Below are positions 13,752 through 27,699 of a stretch of 64,000 bases of DNA, in pieces. A model generated the notes under the pieces. The model saw only the letters and a list, made by a program, of their open reading frames with translations. It did not search any database and was not told where the DNA came from. Within the stretch, counting starts at the first letter, position 1. Each line of letters starts with the position of its first letter. Source of the stretch: Eledone cirrhosa (lineage: Eukaryota); the NCBI GenBank assembly GCA_964016885.1, contig OZ024742.1:29946001-30010000 (forward strand). The letters are read 5' to 3'. The position numbers were made by a program, and so were the translations under genes.

Positions 13752-14703
13752 CGTTTCTGAATTTGTTTAGCAAGATTCTTTATCTGAAATCGTGTGTTGA
13801 AACCGATATTGTTATACTTTGGGAGGGTCATGTTGCCAATAAGAAACACACGCACCAGTTGCTTTCACTTCAATTTATTATATATTTATAAATTTATAAA
13901 TTTACAAATCTACAAACTTATAAATTTCTGGTTGGTTGGTTGGTTGGTTCCACAACCAGATAGTTGTTTATATATAGTCATAGTCCTTTCGTCACACACT
14001 CTGTGACCTCTTCAGTGACTGGGGATTCCTTTCTTTGTTTCTGTGCCTTTCCTTTCTTCTGTCCTACGCCATTTTGTTTCTGTGTGTGTGTTGTGTGCTC
14101 AGTTTGCGCATGCGCCACATCCGGGTGTCTGTGTGTGTTTGTGTTCATTTATCTATTTGTTTATTTATTTATTTATTTATTGTTGGTTGGTTGTTTGTTC
14201 TATGTGTGTGTGTGTTTTCATTTTGTCCTTAATTGTAAGTTGTGATGTTGCTGTTCCACTCATATTTTCTATTTAATTTTGGTTGTAATTCTTTTATGCT
14301 TACTGCCTCTGTAATTTGCCTAAACGTTGCATCGTTTCTGTGTGTGGATTCTATTTTTATTTCTATGTTCTCTAATTTACCCCTGTGTTCTATCTTAGCA
14401 TGTTGGTAGAGCACAGATGATTCTTTATTATCTTGAAGGTCTCGCCAGTGTTCATTTATTCGTTCCCCTATACTACGAGCTGTCTCACCTATGTACACTA
14501 TATTTTTGTTTCTACATTGTCCTTCAGTACATCTTATGCTATACACTACATTTCTAGTTTTACAGTTAATATGGGGCTTATTTTACAGGTTATACATTTC
14601 TTATCTATACATGAGCGTCTTTGGAACGGGTATGTCTTGCTAATAAGTGTTTTTACGGAGGTACCTGGTCTTATTGGCAACATGACCCTCCAAAAGTATA
14701 ACA

Positions 14704-14705
<2 letters not shown>
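13748..14705 (-). mobile_element. 5'-truncated Penelope-like element: GIY-YIG fragment, pseudo-LTR and short inverted pseudo-LTR copy
   Basis: ORF 14229-14546 (YSIRC...VYIGETARSIGERINEH...ITEAVSI...PKLN) is GIY-YIG-like. 14670-14705 is the inverse of 13808-13843. (TA)n on both sides. Confidence 0.8.
13976..14020 (-). ncRNA. Minimal type I hammerhead ribozyme
   Basis: AGUCA-CUGAAGA-G GUCACA gagug UGUGAC-GAAAG GA CU-A-UGACU; stem III is only 2 bp. Confidence 0.72.
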
Positions 14706-14735
<30 letters not shown>

Positions 14736-14770
14736 ACATAAATATATATACACATATATATATATATACA

Positions 14771-14875
<105 letters not shown>

Positions 14876-15439
14876 ATATATATATACATATATGTATATA
14901 TATATATGTGTGTGTGTGTGTATGTATACATGCATACAATGCACACACACATACATACAAACATACATACATACATGCATGCATACATACATAGACATAT
15001 ATATATATATGTGTGTACGCGTGTGTGTGTGTGTGCATCTATGTGTGTATATGTATGTGTGTGTGTCTGTGTGTGCGTCTATGTGTATGTGTATATGTAT
15101 CTGTATGTGTGTGTATGGGTGTGTATATGTATGTGTGTGTGTGTGTGTGTGTAATAGAGGGCGAGATAAAAACAACACAATATACAGAAAGAAAGTAAAA
15201 AAGAAAGATAGAAAGAAAGAAAGAAAGAAAGAAAGGAAGAAAGAAATAAGGGTAGAAAGAGAGAAGGGGTAAAAGAATGTAGAGTGGATAGTGGTGGGGG
15301 TGAAGGGGAGGAGGAGGAGGTGAATGGTGCAGTGTTAATTATCTAATTAATAAAAATGAGTATTGTTCCCTTTGTCTCTAATCACATTAACCATTGCAAG
15401 TGGTCCTTAAATTTGTTAGAGCGATTCTTACTTCTTTGA

Positions 15440-16546
15440 ATCGCCACCATTACCACCTCTGACACCACCAACACCATCGCCACCATTACCACCTCCGACA
15501 CCACCAACACCATCGCCACCATTACCACCTCTGACACCACCAACACCATCGCCACCATTACCACCTCCGACACCACCAACACCATCGCCACCATTACCAC
15601 CTCCGACACCACCAACACCATCGCCACCATTACCACCTCCGACACCACCAACACCATCGCCAACATTACCACCTCTGACACCACCAACACCATCGCCACC
15701 ATTACCACCTCCGACACCACCAACACCATCGCCACCATTACCACCTCTGACACCACCAACACCATCGCCAACATTACCACCTCCGACACCACCAACACCA
15801 TCGCCACCATTACCACCTCCGACACCACCAACACCATCGCCACCATTACCACCTCCGACACCACCAACACCATCGCCACCATTACCACCTCCGACACCAC
15901 CAACACCATCGCCAACATTACCACCTCTGACACCACCAACACCATCGCCACCATTACCACCTCCGACACCACCAACACCATCGCCACCATTACCACCTCC
16001 GACACCACCAACACCATCGCCACCATTACCACCTCTGACACCACCAACACCATCGCCACCATTACCACTTCCGACACCACCAACACCATCGCCACCATTA
16101 CCACTTCCGACACCACCAACACCATCGCCACCATTACCACCTCCGACACCACCAACACCATCGCCACCATTACCACCTCCGACACCACCAACACCATCGC
16201 CACCATTACCACCTCTGACACCACCAACACCATCGCCACCATTACCACCTCCGACACCACCAACACCATCGCCACCATTACCACTTCCGACACCACCAAC
16301 ACCATCGCCACCATTACCACCTCCGACACCACCAACACCATCGCCACCATTACCACCTCTGACACCACCAACACCATCGCCACCATTACCACCTCCGACA
16401 CCACCAACACCATCGCCACCATTACCACCTCTGACACCACCAACACCATCGCCACCATTACCACTTCCGACACCACCAACACCATCGCCACCATTACCAC
16501 CTCCGACACCACCAACACCATCGCCACCATTACCACTTCCGACACC
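15440..16546. repeat. 36-bp minisatellite (ATCGCCACCATTACCACCTCCGACACCACCAACACC), about 31 units
   Basis: Direct reading; highly homogeneous. Confidence 0.95.
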
Positions 16547-19500
16547 GACTATACCAGCAGTAACTATACTAGCAGTGACTATACCAGCACTGACTATACC
16601 AGCAGTGACTATACCAGCAGTGACTATACCAACAGTGACTATATCAACAGTGACTATACCAACAGTGACTATACTAGCAGTGACTATACCAACAGTGACT
16701 ATACCAACAGTGACTATACCAACAGTGACTATACCAACAGTGACTATACCAGCAGTGACTAAACTAGCAGTGACTATACCAACAGTGACTATACCAACAG
16801 TGACTATACCAACAGTGACTATACCAGCAGTGACTATACCACCAGTGACTATACTAGCAGTGACTATACCAACAGTGACTATACCAACAGTGACTATACC
16901 AACAGTGACTATACCACCAGTGACTATACTAGCAGTGACTATACCAACAGTGACTATACCACCAGTGACTATACTAGCAGTGACTATACCAACAGTGACT
17001 ATACCAGCAGTGACTATACCAACAGTGACTATACCAACAGTGACTATACCAACAGTGACTATACCAGCAGTGACTATACCAACAGTGACTATACCAACAG
17101 TGACTATACCAACAGTGACTATACTAGCAGTAACTATACCAACAGTGACTATACCAACAGTGACTATACCAACAGTGACTATACCAACAGTGACTATACC
17201 AACAGTGACTATACCAACAGTGACTATACTAGCAGTGACTATACCAACAGTGACTATACCAGCAGTGACTATACCAGCAGTGACTATACCAACAGTGACT
17301 ATACCAACAGTGACTATACCAACAGTGACTATACCAACAGTGACTATACCAACAGTGACTATACCAACAGTGACTATACCAGCAGTGACTATACCAACAG
17401 TGACTATACCAACAGTGACTATACCAACAGTGACTATACCAACAGTGACTATACCAACAGTGACTTTACCAGCAGTGACTATACCAACAGTGACTATACC
17501 AACAGTGACTATACCAGCAGTGACTATACCAACAGTGACTATACCAGCAGTGAATATACCAACAGTGACTTTACCAGCAGTGACTATACCAGCAGTGACT
17601 ATACCAGCAGTGACTAAACTAGCAGTGACTATACCAGCAGTGACTATACCAGCAGTGACTAAACTAGCAGTGACTATACTAGCAGTGACTATACCAACAG
17701 TGACTATACCAGCAGTGACTATACCACCAGTGACTATACCAACAGTGACTATACCAACAGTGACTATACCAACAGTGACTATACCAGCAGTGACTAAACT
17801 AGCAGTGACTATACCAGCAGTGACTAAACTAGCAGTGACTATACTAGCAGTGACTATACCAACAGTGACTATACCAGCAGTGACTATACCACCAGTGACT
17901 ATACCAACAGTGACTATACTAGCAGTGACTATACTAGCAGTGACTATACCAACAATGACTATATCAACAGTGACTATACCAGCAGTGACTAAACTAGCAG
18001 TGACTATACCAACAGTGACTATACCAACAGTGACTATACCAACAGTGACTATACTAGCAGTGACTATACCACCAGTGACTATACCAACAGTGACTATACC
18101 AGCAGTGACTATACCAACAGTGACTATACCAGCAGTGACTAAACTAGCAGTGACTATACTAGCAGTGACTATACCAACAGTGACTATACCAGCAGTGACT
18201 ATACCACCAGTGACTATACCAACAGTGACTATACTAGCAGTGACTATACTAGCAGTGACTATACCAACAATGACTATATCAACAGTGACTATACCAGCAG
18301 TGACTAAACTAGCAGTGACTATACCAACAGTGACTATACCAACAGTGAATATACCAGCAGTGACTATACTAGCAGTGACTATACTAGCAGTGACTATACC
18401 AACAATGACTATACCAGCAGTGACTAAACTAGCAGTGACTATACCAGCAGTGACTATACCAGCAGTGACTATACCAACAATGACTATACCAACAGTGACT
18501 ATACTAGCAGTGACTATACTAGCAGTGACTATACTAGCAGTGACTATACCAACAATGACTATACCAGCAGTGACTATACTAGCAGTGACTATACCAACAG
18601 TGACTATACCAACAGTGACTATACCAACAGTAAACTATACTAGCAGTGACTATACCAGCAGTGACTATACTAGCAGTGACTATACCAACAGTGACTATAC
18701 CAACAGTGACTATACCAACAGTGACTATACCAGCAGTGACTATACCAGCAGTGACTATACCAGCAGTGACTATACTAGCAGTGACTATACCAACAGTGAC
18801 TATACCAACAGTGACTATACCAACAGTGACTATACCAACATTGACTATACCAACAGTGACTATACCAACAGTGACTATACCAACAGTGACTATATTAGCA
18901 GTAACTATACCAACAGTGAATATACCAACAGTGACTTTACCAACAGTGACTATACCAACAGTGACTATACCAACAGTGACTATACCAACAGTGACTATAC
19001 CAACAGTGACTATACCAACAGTGACTATACCATCAGTGATTATACCAACAGTGACTATACCAACAGTGACTATACTAGCAGTAACTATACCAGCAGTGAC
19101 TATACCAGCAGTGACTATACTAGCAGTGACTATACCAACAGTGACTATACCATCAGTGATTATACCAACAGTGACTATACCAACAGTGACTATACTAGCA
19201 GTGACTATACCAGCAGTGACTATACCAGCAGTGACTATACTAGCAGTGACTATACCAACAGTGACTATACCAACAGTGACTATACCAACAGTGACTATAC
19301 CAACATTGACTATACCAACAGTGACTATACCAACAGTGACTATACCAACAGTGACTATACCATCAGTGATTATACCAACAGTGACTATACCAGCAGTGAC
19401 TATACCAACAGTGACTATACCAACAGTGACTATACCAACAGTGACTATACCATCAGTGATTATACCAACAGTGACTATACCAACAGTGACTATACTAGCA

Positions 19501-20760
19501 GTAACTATACCAGCAGTGACTATACTAGCAGTGACTATACCAACAGTGACTATACCAACAGTGACTATACCAACAGTGACTATACCAGCAGTGACTATAC
19601 CAGCAGTGACTATACCAGCAGTGACTATACCAACAGTGACTATACCAACAGTGACTATACTAGCAGTAACTATACCAACAGTGACTATACCAACATTGAC
19701 TATACCAACAGTGACTATACCAGCAGTGACTATACCAACAGTGACTATACTAGCAGTAACTATACCAGCAGTGACTATACCAACATTGACTATACCAGCA
19801 GTGACTATACCAACAGTGACTATACTAGCAGTGACTATACCAACAGTGACTATACCAACAGTGAATATACCAACAGTGACTATACCAACAGTGACTATAC
19901 TAGCAGTAACTATACCAGCAGTGACTATACCAACATTGACTATACCAGCAGTGACTATACCAACAGTGACTATACCAGCAGTGACTATACCAACAGAGAC
20001 TATACCAACAGTGACTATATTAGCAGTAACTATACCAACAGTGAATATACCAACAGTGACTTTACCAGCAGTGACTATACCAACAGTGACTATACCAACA
20101 GTGACTATACCAGCAGTGACTATACCAACAGTGAATATAGCAACATTGACTATACCAACAGTGACTATACCAACAGTGAATATACCAACAGTGACTATAC
20201 CAGCAGTGACTATACCAACAGTGACTATACCAGCAGTGACTATATTAGCAGTAACTATACCAACAGTGAATATACCAACAGTGAATATACCAACAGTGAC
20301 TATACCAACAGTGACTATACCAGCAGTGACTATACCAACAGTGACTATACCAACAGTGAATATACCAACAGTGACTATACCAACAGTGACTATACCAACA
20401 GTGACTATACCAGCAGTGACTATACCAACAGTGACTATACCAGCAGTGACTATACCAACAGAGACTATACCAACAGTGACTATATTAGCAGTAACTATAC
20501 CAACAGTGAATATACCAACAGTGACTTTACCAGCAGTGACTATACCAACAGTGACTATACCAACAGTGACTATACCAACAGTGAATATAGCAACATTGAC
20601 TATACCAACAGTGACTATACCAACAGTGAATATACCAACAGTGACTATACCAGCAGTGACTATACCAACAGAGACTATACCAACAGTGACTATATTAGCA
20701 GTAACTATACCAACAGTGAATATACCAACAGTGAATATACCAGCAGTGACTATACCACCA
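16547..20760. repeat. 15-bp satellite (GTGACTATACCAACA), about 280 units
   Basis: Direct reading; one 14-bp unit near 18632 shifts the phase. Confidence 0.97.
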
Positions 20761-20785
20761 TTGCTGAAGTATTTTATTGAGTTTT

Positions 20786-21436
20786 CGTTAAATACCTTAT
20801 ACAACTGTTATTAGTACACCAACATATATTCAGTTTTAGTTAAATACCTTATGCAACTAGTATTCTCTAGTACACCAACATATACTAAGTCTTCGTTAGA
20901 TACCATATACAACTGTTATTCTCTAGTACACCAACATATACTAAGTCTTCGTTAGATACCATATACAACTGTTATTCTCTAGTACACCAACATATACTAA
21001 GTCTTCTTTAGATACCATATACAACTGTTATTCTCTAGTACACCAACATATACTAAGTCTTCGTTAGATACCATATACAACTGTTATTCTCTAGTACACC
21101 AACATATACTAAGTCTTCGTTAGATACCATATACAACTGTTATTCTCTAGTACACCAACATATACTAAGTCTTCGTTAGATACCATATACAACTGTTATT
21201 CTCTAGTACACCAACATATACTAAGTCTTCGTTAGATACCATATACAACTGTTATTCTCTAGTACACCAACATATACTAAGTCTTCGTTAGATACCATAT
21301 ACAACTGTTATTTTCTAGTACACCAACATATACTAAGTCTTCGTTAGATACCATATACAACTGTTATTCTCTAGTACACCAACATATACTAAGTCTTCCT
21401 TAGATACCATATACAACTGTTATTAACACACCAACA
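20786..21436. repeat. 56-bp tandem repeat, about 11-12 units
   Basis: Unit GTTATTCTCTAGTACACCAACATATACTAAGTCTTCGTTAGATACCATATACAACT; no spacers. Confidence 0.93.
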
Positions 21437-21709
21437 GCTACTCAGTTTCTATGGTTAATGTAGGCAGCAGTTCCTAACTATTGTAATTACACGAGATCAA
21501 GAGAAACAGAATTCCTGTAAAGTCACTGATCTTTCTAACCACCAATCATTACACCTAGCAACAGCCGACTTTCACAGAAACGGAACCAATAGATTGAGTG
21601 AAAATAGTTACTTCCGCTTTAACAAAAATATTAAAATACAGATTTTTAAGAATAACAATAACAATAATAATAGTAATAATAGTTTCTGATATAGTAATAA
21701 TAATAATAA

Positions 21710-21794
21710 TGATTTCATTTATTAGCCACAAGGGCCGATATGTAGGGGACGATACAAAGACAGGGACAGTGGGGGTTTACAATAAGGTCGAGTA
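21710..21794 (-). mobile_element. About 85-bp 3'-end fragment of the Tx1 copy-E family inserted in (TAA)n
   Basis: Near-identical to 47800-47884; (TAA)n on both sides. Confidence 0.85.
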
Positions 21795-22118
21795 ATAATA
21801 ATAATAATAATAATAACAATGACAATGATAAAAGTTGATAGTGTTCATAATAATAAAATATATTAATTAATGTTAAAATAAATTGTTGCCTCGAACTATG
21901 AATACAAAGATACGCATGCGTATCTCTATATTTGCTTTATGCATATGTATATACACATGTTTGTTTGTTTGTAGTAGTGCTGTGATGGTGGAGGAGGTCA
22001 GTGCCTGTGTGTGTGTATGTGTGCGTGTTTCCCTTATTGATTATATATATAGAGAGAGAAAGAGAGAAAGGAAGCGAGAGAGAGGAAGAAAGAAAGGGAG
22101 GGAGAGGAAATAGCTTGT

Positions 22119-22143
22119 TAGATAGATAGATAGATGGATAGAT

Positions 22144-22227
<84 letters not shown>
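22119..22227. repeat. (GATA)n microsatellite
   Basis: Direct reading. Confidence 0.97.
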
Positions 22228-22228
<1 letters not shown>

Positions 22229-22899
22229 ACGGTACACAAAGGTCGTTAACCTTCAGTTTGAAGTATTGATAGTATAAACAGAGATAGTTTCCTCTTCTTA
22301 CACTCTTCGCCCTCTCCTCCCTCTCTTCCTCTTCCCCCTCCCCCTTTTCATATGCACATTGTATCCATATAGTTTGTATTGCAGTTCACTCATCATTACC
22401 CTCATCAGCTGCCAGTTAAAGACCATTGGGATTTCGCCACCTTTAAAACAGTATCACTCTCTCCAGTAGTGCCCAGGAGCGCTGCCAGATAATATCCGAG
22501 TATTGTTCGGCCATATTGTAGCATGCTTTATATCCTCTCTTATCTCTGCAACCACCACACAAACCCATCGGCAAACAAAGTCACCCAAAATATGCAGAAA
22601 TTGTTTCATTTTACTACTTGCTGAGGATTAGTTCTTTGCTATTATTAACTTCATATTCCTCTCACATGCCTCTCCTGGAAAGGACCTCCGTCAGTTCCAA
22701 CGATGAATGCTCCAGTTATTTGATCATCGGAACAACCTGCGGCTGAGCATTACAGAAACACGTATACACGTTATTCAGCGTGACTGCATGTGGCAAGGGT
22801 TATCCTTTGAATTACAGGTACAGTTCATCTGCCTGGCTTCCAAACAGCTTCCCTCAATCCAATTTCACTCACAAGGCATTGGTCAACCTCTATTATTAT

Positions 22900-23155
22900 G
22901 TAGGATGGCTGATTTGAACAGGAGAGGTGTGCCATCCTTGGGTGCTTTCGGGGTGTTAGGTGGTTCAGAATTGGTATGGTCCTTGAGTCCCCCTGAGTCC
23001 CCTCCCCCTCTATTTGGGAATGTTCATTGTTGTAATTTTTGTAATTCTTTTTTTTATTGTTATTGTTTTACATTTTTTTACTCAATACTATATCCTTGTC
23101 TCTTATAGTGTCCTCTATATGGCGGCCCCCTTGTGGTCAATAAAGAAATTATTAT

Positions 23156-23156
<1 letters not shown>
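22900..23156 (+). mobile_element. 3'-end fragment of another Tx1-like family
   Basis: Ends CCCCTTGTGGTCAATAAAGAAATTATTAT; RMADLNRRG resembles the ORF2 C-terminus RMARVNG; followed by (GTA)n(GGA)n. Confidence 0.55.
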
Positions 23157-23200
<44 letters not shown>

Positions 23201-23402
23201 GAGGAGGAGGAGGAGGAGGAGGAGGAGGAGGAGGAGGAGGAGGAGGAGGAGGAGCAGTAATAGTAGTAGGAGGGTAGGGTAAGAGGGAGAGAAGAAGGGG
23301 AGGAAGAGCAGTAGTAGTAGTATCTGTAATTTGGCCTGTGAACACGTACAATTCTGAGCTCCGTTAAGGTTTGTTAATTTAAGTTGTTTTATTTGTATTG
23401 TG

Positions 23403-23489
<87 letters not shown>

Positions 23490-23491
<2 letters not shown>

Positions 23492-24425
23492 TGGTTACAC
23501 AACAGTTAGTTCACCATACCGAGAACAATTGTTTCACCTTAGCGGATCTTCAGCTCGGGATGTGTATGGTTATAGGAACAGGAAGGACAACCGTACGAAC
23601 GCGCATGCGCAGAAACTCGGACACTTCACACAAGCAATACTAGACTGCGTGCGAGAGGTGTAAGGGAGATAACTTCGAAAGTCCGGAAAGTTTTTAGGTT
23701 GAAAATAAAATTAAAATAAAATTAAAAATAAAATTACAAAGAATCAGTCCGGAGCCTTGTAGTTATGCAATAGATGTTTGGTGACGTGTGGACAACGTGT
23801 GAAAAATTCACTTCTCGTGTTTAGGCAATCACTATTGCGTAATCTCTTTAGGATAGTTATTCGTTCATCAATACATAAGCCACACGTCGGATTTCCCCTT
23901 GCGTATGGCTTGTACTTAGTGATGGCTTTCCATTGAATGGAGTAGCCTATACTTGAGTCCCTGAGGGACCATACGTGGCTCGCGAGTTTCGTGGATGAAC
24001 GTCTGTCCGGGTATCTGAAGGTAGACTGGTGGTTCAGGAAACGCTCCTTGAATCGGCCCTCCACCATGCCCACATAGGATTTGATCTCCTGTGGTTCATT
24101 TGGTCGGTTGGAAGTGACCACAGTTTCATAGATTACAGCTGGTGTGTTGCATTGCTGTTGAAGGGGGCAAGCTTCAGGCTTACGGCAAGAGCACCCTGGT
24201 GAGGTGTTGCTCCTGGGGCTGCTGGTGATGTGGGCCTTCATGTTCTTAGCGCAGGAGTATCCTAGTTTAACTTTGTGTCGGTTAAAGATGGAGCGGTATT
24301 TATGACCTATGGGGAAGTGTCTATCTAAGAGGGCTAGACATTTTTTTCCTACATTGGTTTTAACGTTGAGTGAGAAGGGAGGAGAGAACCAGATTGTTGC
24401 GCTTACTTTTCTTAATGGTGTTGTT
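23490..24425 (-). mobile_element. 5'-truncated Penelope-like element (linker, GIY-YIG endonuclease, pseudo-LTR)
   Basis: Reading frame about 24420 to 23744: IWFSPPFSLNVKTNVGK..FNRHKVKLGYSC..CSCRKPEACPL..AVIY..SYVGM..FKERFLNH..CGLC..LN. Confidence 0.88.
23514..23569 (-). ncRNA. Minimal type I hammerhead ribozyme in a PLE pseudo-LTR
   Basis: CCAUA cacauc CCGAG-CUGAAGA-U CC gcuaa GG U-GAAAC AAUU GU-U-CUCGG UAUGG; palindromic stem III; about 175 nt downstream of the GIY-YIG stop, same strand. Confidence 0.8.
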
Positions 24426-24449
24426 GCTAGTGGGAGAGTAAGTGATATA

Positions 24450-24820
24450 CATAGTCTTCAAATGGAGACCATGGAGAATCCTTTCTTCATCAGGGAGTCA
24501 TTCTCGGCTAAGATTCCTGGCAATACGCGGACACAGGGAACTTATACAAAAATAATTCAGTGGATGGAAAAAAGCAAGTGCGGACTAAATTCCAAGACAC
24601 TGAAAATTTCACTGCCTTCCTGGTCAATGGCAAATTCAAAAGAATCAATCACGTGACATCGATGTTAATCAGTGAGGAGTGGAGTGTTAAAAAGACAGTA
24701 GCCAAACTAATACTATGAACCATAGTATTTGAAGACTATGTATATCCCTTTCAGAAACTAATTAGTTGGAGTGAAATTTAAGTAAGTAAGTTAATTACTA
24801 TAATTTTCTTATTTTACGTC
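24450..24820. repeat. Unclassified dispersed repeat; related copy at about 57600-57965, largely inverted
   Basis: 24460-24720 is the approximate reverse complement of 57605-57885; 24747-24820 matches 57895-57966 directly. Confidence 0.65.
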
Positions 24821-25354
24821 TTTTATATATATATATGGAAAAGGATGAAACGAAATTTCATTTCTCACTCTTATTACGGCTGATACTTAAATGTAAGTAT
24901 GTACACGTACATACATATATGTATACAGACGTACAGTAGTATGTATATATATACATACATGTACACTTATATATATGCACGTATGGGTTTACCGAACATT
25001 TATTATAATGCTCGGTTTGTTTGTAAACAAACAGCCCGAATTACGCCGTACAGTGTGTGACAACCATCGTCGCCTTTTTGTTCAACACTGTCACATGAGC
25101 GATGTACTATTTTCAAGCTTATTAGCTATCTTCAGCACCGTATACCTTTCTGTCCGATGATTGAACGTTTGAAAGTATATACTTTCCTTATGCATATTAA
25201 CGCCTGAGCAGCCTAATTTGCATATCGAGTGAGTTAGTCGGCCGGGCGAACCGAAAACAATAAATGGAAAAGGATGAAACGAAATTTCATTTCTCACTCT
25301 TAGTACGGCTGATACTTAAATGTAAGTATGTACACGTACATACATATATGTATA

Positions 25355-26782
25355 CAATATATTAATAAATAGAAACTATATTTATAAAACCATAATTATT
25401 TTATTATATATATTTCAAGGGCAACCAAGGCAGACTTAGTGCGCTTTCATCAGATAAAATATAAAATTTGTTTTATAAATAGTGACATAACCGTGGAAAA
25501 CAACCTTGACGGTTGAAAATTCGCTGGATAGTAAAAATTTGTTTTGAGGGTAATTCAAAGTTCCGTGTGAATATGCAAATGAATGTCCGAAAAATTGAAA
25601 AAAAACAACCGTTTATTTAAATTACGCTGTGGAAAGAAGATAGAGAAAAAAAGAAGAGAGAGGAAAAGAAAAGAAAAGAAAATATTAGTATATGTAGAGT
25701 TAAGAATTAAAGTGAAGAAAGAGCGAAGAAAGAAGCTTATCCGAGGATGAGTTCATATAACGTAAATAAGTCTTATGTTTATGTTACATATTTCTGTTAT
25801 GTATATTTACTAATAATTGTTAGAATTCTATTATAATAAATATTTATTTACTATTATAAGTAAGTATATAGAAAATTAGATATATAGAAAAAATAAAGAT
25901 ATATTTAAAATAAAGATATATTAAAATATATTAAGATATATTAAAATATATCAAAATATATTAAAATATATTAAAAATAGATTTAAATAAATATGAAGTA
26001 GAAGCATAGGATAAAATGTAGATAAAAGGATAGATATAAGATAGATATATGAGTGGATAGTTGGGTATATCATGTTATAGATGATAAATTATGAGGGATA
26101 TTAGTTTATAATTAGTGTAAGTATTTAAATTAAATTAAATTAAATTAACTGAGTCAATAAGATTACTTATATGTTTTAATGTTTTACATTGGAAAAATAT
26201 TGAAAATCCCAGTTTTGTTTATTTATTAGTTATTATGAGATAATTTTGACAAAGATATGTTTAAAGATATATTTAGCCAGAGTTAGTTATTGGTTATAAC
26301 TCTAATATTAAATAATTACAAAAAATTACAAAAAATTCAAAAATTAATTAAAAGTATAAGAAAATACTAAAACCATTTAAAAATTAAGACTATAAAATAT
26401 TAACAATTCTAGACAAAATTCTTGAAAATTCCTGGAAAAACTTTCCAATGGATTTTAAAAAACACCTTTAGCTCAACTATTTTTTAAAGCTCTTGATAAA
26501 GGTTTTCCCAAGGCCCATATATTTTATTCAATCTTTAACAGACATACAATTAAACTATCTTACTCTACTACTATGAACATAGCACAAAATATAAATAGAA
26601 TGAATAATAGAAATCTAAACCTTAATCAGAATAGCACTAATACCTCTAGCAATATCCAATATTATTATATACTGTTCCGAATAATATAAACTCTGATAAA
26701 TTTTGTATTTTATCTGATGAAATATATATAATAAAATAATTATGGTTTTATAAATATAGTTTCCATTTATTAGTATATTGAA
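25355..26782. mobile_element. AT-rich decayed PLE with inverted pseudo-LTR ends and an internal ORF relic (26462-26693, +)
   Basis: 25355-25417 is inverted at 26718-26782. The relic reads TPLAQLFFKALDKGFPKAHIFYSIFNRHTIKLSYSTTMNIAQNI, homologous to the PLE linker at 33.7 kb. Confidence 0.75.
25398..25460 (-). ncRNA. Type I hammerhead ribozyme (AU-rich stems)
   Basis: AUUUUAU-CUGAUGA-AAG...CUU-GAAAU AUAU AU-A-AUAAAAU; intact core; AUA triplet. Confidence 0.7.
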
Positions 26783-26937
26783 TATTTACTCCAGTAAACT
26801 GTTGAGTGCTCTATATCAATTCTAATTTTCAATTTCTGCTTGACCGGCAACCGCTCTGTATAATCAGTTCCTGATTATTACTAGAAATTCTATAAGAATC
26901 AAACATTCATGATTTTCAGCAAACAGGTGGGGTACTT

Positions 26938-26977
26938 GGCTTTGATGAGTACCAATCAGTACGAAACTCTGTCAGCT
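26938..26977 (+). ncRNA. Type I hammerhead ribozyme, U3.G8 core variant
   Basis: GGCU-UUGAUGA-GUAC caauca GUAC-GAAAC UCU GU-C-AGCU; paralogue of 13053-13101. Confidence 0.72.
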
Positions 26978-27305
26978 TTATCTCCCCCTGTTTGCTGAAA
27001 ATTTAAAGTAAGTGAGACTGTCACTACTCTAAAACAATAGCATAAGGTCTTCGAAATGCTTTTAATTAAGCATACATTGTATTGCAAAATACACTATATA
27101 TACATTCATATATATATATATATATATATATAAATTTAGCGAGAATCGCATTTCGGCGAGTAGAAATTAGCGAAACTCAACTTCCGAATTGTGTTGGCAA
27201 GCGCTCAATGGATATGAAGATACGAGAGCTATAAACATAAGTTAAAAAGGCCATACAAAACTGAAACGTTGTTTATAACATATATATATATATGTTGTAA
27301 AGGGG

Positions 27306-27389
<84 letters not shown>

Positions 27390-27594
27390 ATGTTGTAAAG
27401 GGGTCATAAGACTTCCATCTCTGCCCTGTGAAAAGGAGATTCTATGATATTTGGGACTTCGGCCCAAATATTTGAACTTGAATTTCGTAAAAAAAGATTT
27501 TTTCTATATAAAAAAAACATGGACGGAATACTCCTCCTATCGTGGAGCTGCTGTCACGTAACAGCAGCTTAAACGTTGAGAGGAGAGATACCAC

Positions 27595-27698
27595 CCCTCA
27601 CTCGATTGTATCGTAAACCACCCCTGTCCTTCTCTTTTGTATTGTCCCCTATATGAAGACCCTTGTGGCCAATAATTAAATTATTAATATTATTATTA
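27595..27698 (+). mobile_element. Short Tx1-like 3'-end fragment
   Basis: Resembles the copy-E 3'UTR (CTCGA..TTGTA..ACCCCTGTCC..TTTGTATTGTC) and ends CCCTTGTGGCCAATAA+(ATT)n. Confidence 0.6.
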
Positions 27699-27699
27699 A

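Noticed and set aside
15382-16545. 387-aa ORF, and a Thr-rich plus-strand reading of the 36-bp repeat
   Set aside because: Pure minisatellite; the plus frame is preceded immediately by TGA and has no visible splice acceptor.
16575-20814. 1401-aa, 741-aa and 722-aa ORFs (TIPTV / DYTNS repeats) resembling mucin or antifreeze proteins
   Set aside because: They are translations of a 15-bp satellite, open in several frames and on both strands, with no unique domain, ATG context or splice signals; a phase shift at about 18632 changes the peptide.
20786-21436. Regular repeat superficially like a CRISPR array
   Set aside because: Units are contiguous with no unique spacers; no cas genes; eukaryotic context.
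25150-25190. CCGAUGA...GAAAGUAUAUACU hammerhead-like string
   Set aside because: No stem I and no convincing stem II pairing.
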